Origin: Paragordius varius
Taxonomy: Eukaryota; Animalia; Nematomorpha
DNA: 64,000 nt
Direction: 5' to 3'
Assembly (NCBI GenBank): GCA_964247055.1
Contig: OZ176060.1
Location: 1,054,001 to 1,118,000, forward strand
Shown here: one piece after another, positions 12,831 through 25,300 of the stretch
Numbering within the stretch: position 1 is the stretch's first letter
How the letters are laid out: each line of letters starts with the position of its first letter
Position numbers and translations under genes: made by a program
The notes under the pieces: generated by a model
What the model was told of the DNA's origin: nothing
The model's input: only the letters and a program-made list of their open reading frames with translations
Databases searched by the model: none

Positions 12831-13566
12831 CTTGATGGAGCTCTAAATCCTGACCTCAAGAAAGATGTGAGTTTGGGCAGGCGGTTCAGACCTCCTTTTA
12901 ACTGTTCAAAAATCTATAAACAGCTTTTTAAAAATTCAAATCAGCTGTTGCTCATTCTAACGACTAAAATGACTTGTTTCATTATAAAATCAGCCGTTTT
13001 TGGAATTCAAACATTTTAAAATTGTCTTTATGAAATATTTTATAAAATTAGACTTGATGGAGCTCTAAATCCTGACCTCAAGAAAGATCTTAGTGAAAAA
13101 TTTGTCATTGGCTTTTTTAAGTTCTCACATCAGCTGTTCTATTGACTTTTTTAAGTTCTCATATCAGCTGTTCTTTCTTCTGTATAAAACACACAATCTT
13201 ATTTATAATATTAATGTAAAACTCAAAACTAGCCTTATTTAAATTTATTTCTTATATAGCTGATTTTTTACATTTTCCTCAAACATTTTATAAAATCTTC
13301 TATACTTGATGGAGCTTTAAATCCTGACCTCAAGAAAGATGTGAGTGAAAAATTTGGGGCTGGCGGTTCAGACTTGCTTATAAAAATTTAAAAAAAAATA
13401 AAATAACAGATGTTTTAAGGTTCTGAACACTATTTTGACTTCTCCACACAAATTTTTTTGATAATCAGCTGATTTTTTATTCAAATAACTCATTTTTATG
13501 AAATTTTTCAGACTTGATGGAGCTCTTAACCCTGACCTCAAGAAAGACGTAAGCTTTGGGGCTGGT
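12831..13566 (+). pseudogene. Four broken copies of the same putative exon (12831-12912, 13053-13103, 13305-13382, 13513-13566)
   Basis: All translate to LDGALNPDLKKD. The 12831 copy has an 8-nt frameshifting loss, the 13053 copy diverges after F17, the 13305 copy has TAA at codon 29, and the 13513 copy lacks EK in frame and is then truncated. Confidence 0.45.
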
Positions 13567-13715
13567 TAAAAAAATCTATAAAAGCTGCTTTTGAGCTCTA
13601 TTTAAATCGGCTGTTTTTGCTCATTCTTACGACTAAAATGACTTGTTTAATCCTCCTACATCATAAAACCAGCTGTTTTCGCTCATTTTGATTAATTTTT
13701 TATTCATAAAACAGA

Positions 13716-13859
13716 CTAGATGGGGCTCTAAATCCTGACCTCAAGAAAGACGTGAGTGAAAAATTTGGGGCTGGCGGTTCAGACCTCCTTATAACGGTTC
13801 AGAAAGCTATGGGTTGTGAATGTGCCATCAGTTATAAAACCATGTCTTCCAATGCTTAA
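13716..13859 (+). pseudogene. Putative coding-exon remnant, most intact copy: LDGALNPDLKKDVSEKFGAGGSDLLITVQKAMGCECAISYKTMSSNA* (protein family not recognised)
   Basis: 47 open codons, preceded by an AT-rich tract ending in CAG (13712-13714) and ending TAA followed by TGA. Differences from sister copies are mostly synonymous. No start codon or upstream exon found. Confidence 0.5.
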
Positions 13860-13921
13860 TGAAGCCTTTACTATCCAGATCAGCTGTAGTTAAATCAGGT
13901 GATCTGACCATGACTAATTGT

Positions 13922-14611
13922 GCATTCATTCACGCAAACATATGTGTTTTAATGATTATTTTTAAAAATGTAGTATAAATGCTTTATTATGTGTTTGATT
14001 TTATTATGTAATGATGGTTTTATTCTATATTTGAGTGAATGTAGTTTATATGTTTTATAATCAAATCAAGTTTATTTTAGAATACTTATTTCAATTCTTT
14101 ATATAAAGCATTCTTTCTTTGCAGCTAATTTTCATTCTTTACATAATGCCATTTTACTCTTACATATGATTCACAAAATAATATTATCAATTCTTTACAT
14201 AAAGCATTCTTTCACACAAACATTTGATTTTACAAAACAATTTTTTGATATATTTCATATGGCATTCATTCACAATAACATATGATTATGATGGGTAAAT
14301 GATTAAAAACAAAATTATTTCTCCTAAATGGTAAAATATATGATTTCAGGCATGAATGATAATGGTAATTTGTAAATTTGAATCAATATGATTTATAATG
14401 TTTTTTAAATATAAATAGCATTCTTTCACGCAAACGATATATATATGTATATTTATTATATATCTTAATTTGAATGAAAATTTTATATATATATTGATAA
14501 TTTTTTTGTTTAATATGAATAAATGTATATTTGAATCATTATTTTTAATTTTTTCCATTTTTAAAGAACATAATTTTTTGGATGATTCGCATTCATTCAG
14601 ACAAACACCTG
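13922..14611 (+). repeat. Dispersed motif cluster GCATTCWTTCAC(A/G)CAAACA, 6 copies
   Basis: GCATTCWTTC starts at 13922, 14108, 14204, 14262, 14418, 14589; same strand, irregular spacing. Confidence 0.8.
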
Positions 14612-14961
14612 TTTTTGTACGAAAATATTAATGCAGTCGTTTTTACTTTAAACAATTTTTTTGGAAAAATTTATATATATACTCGCTCATTCATTTACAA
14701 AAAGTCATTTATATTACCTATTTTCTATTATATATAATAAAATTGTAAATATATTTTATGATATCTTTTATTTTATTCTTTAAAACATATATATATATTA
14801 TATTTCATTAATTTGTTTGGAATTATTCTGTCATATATTTTATAATATTTTCCCATTTTATAATAAATATATAAAATAATAATTATCAAATATATTATAT
14901 TAAAGGTTCATTCAAAAATGGCGACGACTATTTTTATAAACATATGTTTATTTTTTGTAGA

Positions 14962-15656
14962 GCAGACGATTTGAGTAAAAAAATTACATCTAATATATTT
15001 TGCAGACGATTTTTCCAAACAACCTTAAATAATTCTTAATAATAGCAGATGAACAAATTCATGATTTTTAGACGATATTTTACAAAGCATACGATAATTA
15101 CACAAACTCGTAAAATTAGCAGACGAAAAATTATCATACTGTTCACAACAGAAGATAACTAAGGCAGAGTAGATATTTTAAGATAATAATTTTTTTACAG
15201 ACGAATTTAATTTTTTTATGTAGGCACAGACGATAAATTTCAGTTTTATATGTTGGCAGACGATAACTTGACATTTTTCAAACATTTTTATTTAAGCTCT
15301 TATATCTTATTTTATAAAAATAACAGACGAACATTTTAAACCATGAATTTGAAATTAATCAAATTTTTAAATATATATCTTTGCAAAAAAAATTTAATAA
15401 TTTATTTTATTAAGAAATTTTCATTTTTTAAACATTTTTAATTTGTTTAACTTATTTTTTATTTCATATATTAAATATATATATATTCTCATAATTTTCA
15501 ATATTAACCATTTTCTAACATATTTATCTTTTTAAAATCCATATTTTTATATTTAGCCGAACAACTAACTCATTAAAACAACAAAAAAATGTCAGACGAA
15601 TATTTTAAACTATTTAGAATAGACGAATATTTTGAAATTTTTTTTATAGCAGACGA
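14962..15656 (+). repeat. Dispersed motif cluster (G/A)CAGACGA, 11 exact AGACGA
   Basis: AGACGA at 14964, 15004, 15070, 15121, 15199, 15228, 15258, 15325, 15594, 15621, 15651, all on the + strand, plus near-matches at 15045, 15088, 15148. Confidence 0.88.
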
Positions 15657-15659
15657 ACT

Positions 15660-16380
15660 TTTGAATTATAAATTTTAAATTATATCATATATATATTAAG
15701 TTTTTTCAATAATTAATTTTAATGAGTTTTTATATATGAACTGATTATGTGTATAAGTGCGCCATTAAATAATATTTATAATTTCTTTTTCAGAGAATTT
15801 TAATTTTAACATGATAAAAAAGTAAAATATTTTTATTTTATTTCAAAATTTAAATATTTTTATATTAAAATTTTTTTTTAACTTAAAAAATTATTTTTAA
15901 ATCTATTTTATTATCAAAATTTCAAACAAATGTAAACTATTTAATACACAAATTTTTAATTAGATCAAAATTAATAATTTAATAAATATAGGATTATAAA
16001 CCTAAATTATCTTTAGCATTTTATAAATAATTTTATTTAAAATATATAGTTTATTTTCCTACCACTAAAAAATTATTTTCCTTTTTATAATATTATATTA
16101 AATTTTTATTAAATTATATTTAAAAAATATATTTTAATTTAATTTTAAAATTTTATTTTAAAATAAATAATTTTATGTAAAAATCGTTTTTAATCTCTTG
16201 TTTTAATATTAAAAATAATTTGTTATTATATTGAAATAATATATTTTAATTAAATAAGAAATTTTAAACATTATAAATTATACATTATGAAATAAGCATA
16301 AAAATAAAAATATAAAAATTTTTATTATTATTATTATATTTTATATAACACAATATATTTTTATTAATAAAGTTTGTACA
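15660..16380. other. Extremely AT-rich low-complexity tract
   Basis: Visibly almost free of G/C, with no monomer motifs and no ORF in the track. Confidence 0.8.
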
Positions 16381-19300
16381 ATTGGTTCCATTTCTAAAGA
16401 TTTTTGTGATTTTTTTTGTAATTAATTGATCAAAAATGAATAAAAATTTGAAAAATCAAGATTAATTTACAGTTTGTTACTGAAAAATGAATTTTTTAAA
16501 AATCACATTAAATTATTTCAAATCATGTTTTTTTCAAAATTTTATGCTTAAAATTAGTATTTTTCATCATTTTTTGAGTAAATTTACTGATAAATGAGTT
16601 AAAAATTCAAAAATTTGCAATTTTTCCAGTAAAAATTATTATTTTTATAAATTTGTTAATAAAAAAATTTTTTTTTAAATATTTCAAAAATTCCCAAAAA
16701 ATTTAAAAAAAAATAGTAAAAACTAAAATAAGTGAAAATTGCTAATTTTACTGTAAAAATCAATTTTTTCAAATGAAAAATCCATTATTTCTACTTAAAA
16801 ATGAATAATTTTAATTAAAAAATGAATAAAAATCACAAAAATTTAATAAAAAATATCCAAAATATCAAAAAAATATATAAAAAATCATCAAAAAATATTA
16901 TTTTTCAACAAAAAAATAATTAAAAATGTTCAAAAATATGAATAAAATTAAAAAAATAATATTAAAATTAACATTATTACACAAAAAATAACAATGTTTC
17001 ATTCAAAAATAACAATTTTTCATTCTTATTTATATATATACATATATATATGTATATATATAAATAAAACAAAAATAACAAATGACACTCATTTCATCAC
17101 ATACATAAATGATACAGAGTCACACAACAACAACAATTAAGAGTGATGTGTGTGTGGGAGAGTGAGTGGTGGAGTGAGTGGAGAGAGAGTGAGTGTCCAT
17201 CACAACAACACTCACCACAAGAGTGATGACGTCATCACTCTTGTGGTGAGTGTTGTTGTTGTGAGTGATGAAGAAGAATATTATTATTAATAGAAGTTGA
17301 AGAAGAAGAAGAAGAAGAAGAGAGAGAAGAATGTTTTTGTTGTTGAATCTTGTTGAGACACACAAACACATACATGATTGAGTGAATGAATGATGAAAAT
17401 GTTACACTACTACTACTAAAGAAGAATGAAGAATATTGTTGAAGAAATGTAGAATATTCTTGATTTTTATACTGTTTTTTGACTAAAATTGACATTTTTA
17501 AGACAATTTTACTAAAATTAATGATTATTTCTGTGTTAAATTGACAATTTTGACACTTTTTGTTGATAAAAATGAAGAATTTTGAGACAATTTTAATGAA
17601 AAACAAGAATATTAGACTTAAAAATGACATTTTCGACACTTTTTAATGATTTTTATTAATTTTTCATGAATAATACAGTTAAAACTTCAAGAATTTTCAG
17701 TTTTTTCAACAAAATTTCAGTTTTTTTTCTAATTTTTGACTAAAATTGATCATTTTTCTTGTATTTTAGATTTAAAAATTGAATTTTTAGTTGAAATTTC
17801 TCTAAAATTCTCACAAAAATGAATAAAAATTTCAAAAATTAACATTTTTATCCAATAAAAATCATTTTTTTTGAATATTTTTGAATAAAAATTGATTTTT
17901 TTCTTGAAATTTAGCAAAAATTCTTCAGAAAATAAGTGAAAATTATAAAAATTTAGAATTTTTTGAGTTAAAATTGAATATTTCTTAAGAAAAATTTAGA
18001 AATTTAATCAAAAATGAGCAAAAACTAGAAAAAATGACAAAAAATAACCAAAATATCCAATAAATATTTAAAAATTCTTCAAAAATATCATTTTTCAAAC
18101 AAAAATAATCTTAAAATTGTCATTTTTCAACAAAAAATTGAGATTTATTAGCAAAATATATTTTTAAAAATCAAAAAATACTCAAAAAAATTAAAAAAAT
18201 AACAAAATTCATCAAAAATTAAAAATAATTCTTAAAATTGTCCTATTATTACAGAAAAATAACAATGTTTCATTCAAAAATAACATTCTTCATTCTTCTT
18301 CTATATACATATATATATATATAATAATAAAAATAACAAACAAAAATAACAAACATCACTCATTTCATCACATTCATAAATGAGAGAAATGAGAGATGTG
18401 CAGCAACAACAACAACAACTAGTGTGTGTGTGAGAGAGAGATGAGTGTTCAACAACAACACACACAACAAGAGTGATGACGTCATCACTCTTGTTGTGTG
18501 TGTTGTTGAAGAAGAAGAATATTATTATTATTATTAGTTGAAGAAGAAGAGGAGAGAAGAGAGAGAAGAAGGTTTTGTTGTAGATTCTTGTTGACACAAA
18601 CACAAATACATGATTGAATGAATGAATGAAGAGAATGTTACTCACTACTACTAAAGAAGAATGAAGAAATTGATGAAGAAATGATAAATATTCTTGTTTT
18701 TCACTTATTTTTGAATAAAATTACAATTTTGAGACAATTTTAATGAAAAACAAGATTATTTTTATGTTAAATTGACAATTTTAACACTTTTTTTTGATGA
18801 AATGAAGAATTTTGGACATTCTTATCCAAATTTATGAATATTTTGGTTGAATTTTTACAATTTTGACACTTTTTGATGATTTTAATAAATTTTTCATGAA
18901 TAATCGAGTTAAAATTTGAAGAATTTTCATTTTTTTGAGTAAAATTGAGTTAATTTTCTAATTTTTGACTAAAATTGATCATTTTTCTCTAATTTTTGAT
19001 TGAAAAAATGAATTTTTTAGTTAAAATTTATCAAAGATTGTCAAAAAAGTGAGAAAAAATGAGTAAAAAGTTGAAAAAATAAGTAAAGATGACTAATTTT
19101 ATCCTAAAAAATAATTAATTCTTACTCAAAATTGTTAATTATCATTGAAAAATAATTAAAAAATAGAAATAATGATAAAAAATTACTAAAATATCCACAA
19201 AATATTCAAAAAATGTTCAAAAATGTCATTTTTAAACCAAAAAATTAATAAAAAACAACAAAATTCAACAAAAGAATCTTCAAAATTATCAATTTTAATG

Positions 19301-22300
19301 AAAAAATAATCAATTTTAAACAAAAAATTAAAAAATTCAAAAAAAAATTCTTAAAATTGTCCTATTATTACACCAAAAATATAATGTTTCATTCAAAAAT
19401 AACACTTTTCATTCTTCTCTATATATTATATATACATATATATAATAACAAAAATAACAAATGACACTCATTTCATCCCATACATATATGAGAGAGAGTG
19501 TATGTGTAGCAGCAACAACAACAACAACAATTAAGAATGATGTGTGTGAGAGGAGAGAGATGTGTGTGAGAGAGAGAGTGTACAACTACAACAACACTCA
19601 CCACAAGAGTGATGACGTCATCACTCTTGTGGTGAGTGTTGTTGTGAGTGACGGACACTTGTTAATTAATGAAGAAGAAGAAGAAGAGAAGAGAGAGAAG
19701 AAGGTTTTTTGTTGTTGATTCTTGTTGACACAAACACACACATACATGATTAAATGAATGAATGATGAAAATGTTACTCACTACTACTACTAAGAAGAAT
19801 GATGAAAATTGTTGGAGAAATGAGTGTCATTCTTGTTTTTCATTCTTTTTTTGAATAAAAATGAAGAATTTTGAGACAATTATACTAGAATTATGAATAA
19901 TATTGTTCAAAAATGAATATTTTGACAATTTTTTGACTAAAATGAAGAATTTTGGACATTTTTAATAAAAATTGATGAATAATATAGTTAAAAATGAGAT
20001 TTTTTACACTTTTTTGATGATTTACTCAACATTTCATGAATAAATGATTTAAAAGTTGAAGAATTTTGAGTTTTTTTCTGTTAATTTTGACTAAAATATG
20101 AATTTTTCTCTTTTTTTTCACTAAAAATGATTTTTTTTCTCAATTTTTGAATAAAAAATGAATTTTTAGTTGAAAAAAAATTCTTGAAAAAATGAAGAAA
20201 ATCTTGAAAAATTAACACTTTTATCCAATAAAAATCATTTTCTTTGAGTATTTTTGAATAAAAATTGATTTTTTTCTTGAAATTTAGCAAAAATTCTTCA
20301 AAAATTAAACAAAAATTAGAAAAACTAAGAATTTTTTGAATAAAAATTAATTAATTCTCACTCAAAATTGAGAAATTTAGTTAAAAATGAGTAAAAAGTA
20401 GAAAAAATAACTAAAATATCCAAAAATACTTCATCAAATCATCAAAAATGTCATTTTTCAAACAAGAAAACCTTTAAAAATATTAATTTTAATGAAAAAA
20501 TATCATTTTTAACATCAAAAACAAGAATTAATCTTCAAAATTGTCAAATTTCAACAAAAACAATCTTAAAATTATCAATTTTAATGAAAAAATCATAAAT
20601 TTTAAACAAAATTAATCAAAATTAATCAAAAAATAACTAAATTTCACAAAAAAAACAATATTTTATTCAAAAATAACACTTTTCATTCTTCTCTATATAT
20701 ACATATACATATATAATAATAATAAAAATAACAAATATAACAAATATACACTCATTTCATCCACATACATAAATAAGTGAGAATGAGAGAGAGAGAGAGA
20801 GTGTAACAACAACAACACTCACCACAAGAGTGATGACGTCATCACTCTTGTGGTGAGTGTTGTTGTGAGTGACGGACACTTGTTAATTAATGAAGAAGAA
20901 GAAGAAGAGAAGAGAGAGAAGAAGGTTTTTTGTTGTTGATTCTTGTTGACACAAACACACACATACATGATTAAATGAATGAATGATGAAAATGTTACTC
21001 ACTACTACTACTAAGAAGAATGATGAAAATTGTTGGAGAAATGAGTGTCATTCTTGTTTTTTATACTATTTTTGAATAAAAATGAAGAATTTTGAGACAA
21101 TTTTGATGAATATTTATGAATATTACACTTAAAAATGACAATTTTGACACTTTTTTATGATTAAAATAAGGTTTTTTAACACATTTTTACTAAATTTATG
21201 AATAATATTCTTTAAAAATAACATTTTGACACTTTTTCTGATGATAATGTAGATTTTTGAGACAATATTATTGAAATTTATGAATATTTATGTTGAAAAA
21301 AACAATTTTGACACATTTTTGATGATTTTACTGAATATTTGAGTTAAAAATTGAAGAATTTTGAGTTTTTTTCACTAAAAATTGAGTTTTTTTTCTTGTT
21401 TTTTGAAGAAAAATTCATTTTTTTCTCTAGTTTTTGACAAAAAATTGAATTTTTCATTCTTTAATCAACAAAAATGATGTTTTTTCTTGAAATTTTTGAG
21501 AATTTGTTACAAAATTGAACAAAAATTTGAGAAATTGACACTTTTTTTGATTAAAATTCATTATTTTTGAGTCAAAATTGAATTTTCTCTTGAAATTTAG
21601 TAGAAATTCTTCAAAAAATAAGTGAAAATTACAAAAATTTGCAATTTTTTGAATAAAAAATGAATTATTCATCGTCAAAATTAAATTTTTCATTAAAAAA
21701 TGAATAAAAACTGCAAAAAATGACTAAAATATCCACAAAATATTCATCAAATATTCAAAAATTGTTCAAAAATGTCATTTATAAACCAAAAAAATGATAA
21801 AAAGTAACAAAAATATTCAAAAAATAATCAAAATTAATCAATAAATTTAAAAAAATTAAAAAAAATATTGAAAAAATGTCATTTTTCAACAAAAAATAAT
21901 ATTCAAAAATTACAATATTACACAAAAATAACAATGTTTCATTCAAAAATAACAATATTCTTCTTCTCATATATACATATATATATAATAATAAAAATAA
22001 CAAATGACACTCATTTCATCAAAAATAACAAACATCACTCATTTCATCACATACAAATGAGTGTGAGAGAGAGATGTGCAGCAACTACAACAATTAAGAG
22101 TGATGTGTGTGTGAGAGAGTGGTGTGAGAGAGATGTAACAACTACAACAACAACACTCACAACAAGAGTGATGACGTCATCACTCTTGTTGTGAGTGTTG
22201 TTGTGAGTGATGGACACTTGTTAATTAATAGAAGAAGAAGAAGAAGAAGAGAAGAGAAGAGAAGAGAGAGAAGAAGGTTTTGTTGTTGATACTGTTGACA

Positions 22301-25300
22301 CACATATACATACAAGATTGAATGAATGAATGATGAAAATGTTACTCACTACTACTAAAGAAGAATGATGAAAATTGTTGAAGAAATGAGTGTCATTCTT
22401 GTTTTTTATACTATTTTTGAATAAAAATGAAGAATTTTGAGACAATTTTGATGAATATTTATGAATATTCTTCTTGATATTTGACAATTTTGGACACTTT
22501 TTTTGATAAAAATGAAGAATTTTTGACATTTTTAATGAAAATTTATGAATATTTTTGTTGAAAATTGAAAATTTTGACATTTTTTGATGATTTTACTGAA
22601 TAATTCTTGAATAAATGAATGAAAAGTTGAAGAATTTTGTGTTTTTTCAGTAAAAATTGAATTTTTTTCTTGATTTTTTGATTAAAAAGATGAATTTTTC
22701 TTATTTTTTGAACAAAAATGATGTTTTTTCATGAAATTTTTGAGAAATTCTTACAAAATTCAACAAAAATTTCAAAAATTGACACTTTTTTTGAATAAAA
22801 TTCATTATTTTTGAGTCAAAACTGTATTTTCTCTTGAAATTGAGCAGAAATTCTTCAAAAAATAAGTGAAAATTACAAAAATTCAGAATTTTTTGAATAA
22901 AAAATGAATAATTCATCGTCAAAATTGAATTTTTTATTAAAAAATGAGTAAATAGTACAAAAAAAAGACAAAAAATAACTAAAATATTCATCAAATCTTC
23001 AAAAATTGTTCAAAAATGTCATTTAAAAACCAAAAAAATGATAAAAAGTAACAAAATTAATTAAAAAATTAAAAAAAATAATCAAAAAAATTCAAAAAAT
23101 TAAAAAAAATATTCAATTTCAACAAAAAATATTCTTAAAATTTTCCTATTATTCAACAAAAAATAACAATGTTTCATTCAAAAATAACAATTTTTCATTC
23201 TTCTTCTCTATATACATATATATATAATAATAAAAATAACAAACAAAAATAACAACCATCACTCATTTCATCCATATACAAATGAGAGAGTGTGTGAGAG
23301 AGAGAGATGTGCAGCAACAACTACAACAACAACAACTACAACTACAAGAATGTTGTGTGTGAGAGAGAGAGAGTGAGTGTGTAACAACAACAACACTCAC
23401 CACAAGAGTGATGACGTCATCACTCTTGTGGTGAGTGTTGTTGAAGATGAATATTATTATTATTAGATGAAGAAGAAGAAGAAGAGAGAGAAGAAGGTTT
23501 TTGTTGTTGATTCTTGTTGACACACATATACACATACATGATTGAATGAATGATGAAAATGTTACACTACTACTAAAGAAGAATGAAGAAATTGATGGAG
23601 AAATGAAGAATATTTTTGTTTTTTATACTGTTTTTGACTAAAATGAAGAATTTTGGACACATTTTAATAGAAATAATGATTAATATTGTTGAAAATTGAC
23701 ATTTTTTTATACTTTTTAAGGTTATTTTATTGGATATTCTTGAAAAACAAGTGAATAATTGGAGAATTTTGATTTTTTCACAAAAATTGTGTTTTTTTTC
23801 TTATTTTTCACTGAAAAATTCATTTTTTCTCAAATTTTGAATGAAAATGAAGAATTTTGGACAATTTTAATGAAAAACAAGAATATTTTTGTATGAAAAT
23901 GACATTTTTGACACTTTTTTTGATGATTTACTCGATAATTCTGAAAAAATGAATGAAAATCTTGAAAAATTAAGAATTTTCCCATTAAAAATTGACTTTT
24001 TTTCAAATTTTACAATAAAAAATGAATATTTTGTCTAATTTTTGATTCAAAAAATGAATTTTTAGTTGAAATTTATCAAAAATTGTCAAAAAAGTGAGAA
24101 AAAATGAGTAAAAAGTTGAAAAAATAAGTGAAAATTACAAAAATTTATTATTTTTTGAATAAAAAATGAATAATTCATCGTCAAAATTGAATTTTTCATT
24201 AAAAAATGAATAAAAAGTACTAAAAATGACAAAAAATAACTAGAATATCCACAAAATCTTCAAAAATTGTTCAAAAATCTCATTTATAACCCAAAATAAT
24301 GATAAAAATTAACAAAAACAATTAAAAAATGATAAAAAGTAACAAAAATAATTAAAAAATAAATAAAAATACTCAAAAAATGAATAAAATCAAAAAAATC
24401 ATCCTAAAATTGTCTTTATTTACACAAAAAATAACAATGTTTCATTCAAAAATAACAATTTTTCATTCTTCTTATATATATATACATATATATATATATA
24501 TAATAATAAAAATAACAAATCAAAAATAACAATCATCACTCATTTCATCACATACATGTATGAGTGAGAATGTGAGAGAGAGAGAGAGATGTGCAACACC
24601 AACAACAACTACTACTACTACTAGTGTGAGAGAGAGAGAGTGTAACACACCAACAACACACACACATCAAATGAGTGATGACGTCATCACTCATTTGATG
24701 TGTGTGTGATGGACACTTATTCACTCACTTACTATTAATAAATGAAGAAGAAGAAGAATATTATTATTATTATTTGAAGAAGAAGAGAAGAGTTGAGTGA
24801 GAGAGAAGAATGTTTTTGTTGTTGTTTCTTGTTGAGACACACATATATACATGATTGAGTGAATGAATGAAGAAATTGTTACTCACTACTACTAAAGAAG
24901 AATAATGAAAATTGTTGAATAAATGAGTGTCATTCTTGATTTTTGTACTGTTTTTGACTAAAAATCAAGATTTTTGAACATTTTTACTCAAAATTAATGA
25001 ATATTACACTTAAAAATGACATTTTTAATACTTTTTAAGGTTATTTTACTGGATATTCTTGAATAAATGAGTGAATTTTTACAGAATTTTGAGTTTTTTC
25101 AGTAAAAATTGAGTTTTTTTTCTAGTTTTTCACTAAAAAATTAATTTTTTCTCAAATTTTTGAATAAAAATGAAGAATTTTGGACAATTTTTATGAAAAA
25201 TAAGAATATTTTTGTATGAAAATGACATTTTTGACACTTTTTTTGATCATTTACTCGACAATTCTGAAAAAATGAAGGAAAATCTTGAAAAATTAACATT

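Larger units (their letters stand above)
12584..13859 (+). repeat. Six degenerate copies of a ~200-250 bp repeat with core CTTGATGGAGCTCTAAATCCTGACCTCAAGAAAGATGTGAGTGAAAAATTTGGGGCTGG
   Basis: Core starts at 12831, 13053, 13305, 13513, 13716, plus a decayed copy from 12584 (GGAGCTCAGAATTTCCACC...TTTGGGGCTGG). Confidence 0.92.
12474..16420. other. ~4 kb non-satellite island interrupting the array (possible degenerate mobile element or trapped unique DNA)
   Basis: No dyad and no monomer modules. Four internal compositional zones. No terminal inverted repeat, clear target-site duplication or transposase/RT ORF seen. Confidence 0.85.

Noticed and set aside
13341-13370. AAATTTGGGG as an Sm site of an snRNA or spliced-leader RNA
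   Set aside because: No recognisable snRNA/SL sequence or flanking stems; two copies delete part of it, and the codon pattern explains the conservation better.
12867-13757. GTGAGT/GTAAGC after ...AAAGAT as splice donors defining a 37-nt micro-exon
   Set aside because: 37 nt is not frame-preserving, and synonymous-type variation continues for about 15 codons past this point, so the donor match is probably incidental.
14346-14558. 70-aa minus-strand ORF in the island
   Set aside because: Composition (I, N, K, F rich) is what very AT-rich non-coding DNA gives; no recognisable domain or supporting copy.
14915-14975. AAAATGGCG (YY1/Pho-like core or good start context) opening an 18-codon ORF
   Set aside because: Single occurrence, very short ORF, no supporting evidence.
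12460-16440. Target-site duplication (TGATTCAAA vs TGATCAAAA) or Helitron-type ends for the island
   Set aside because: The match is inexact in low-complexity DNA, and I found no terminal inverted repeat or hairpin-plus-CTRR end.
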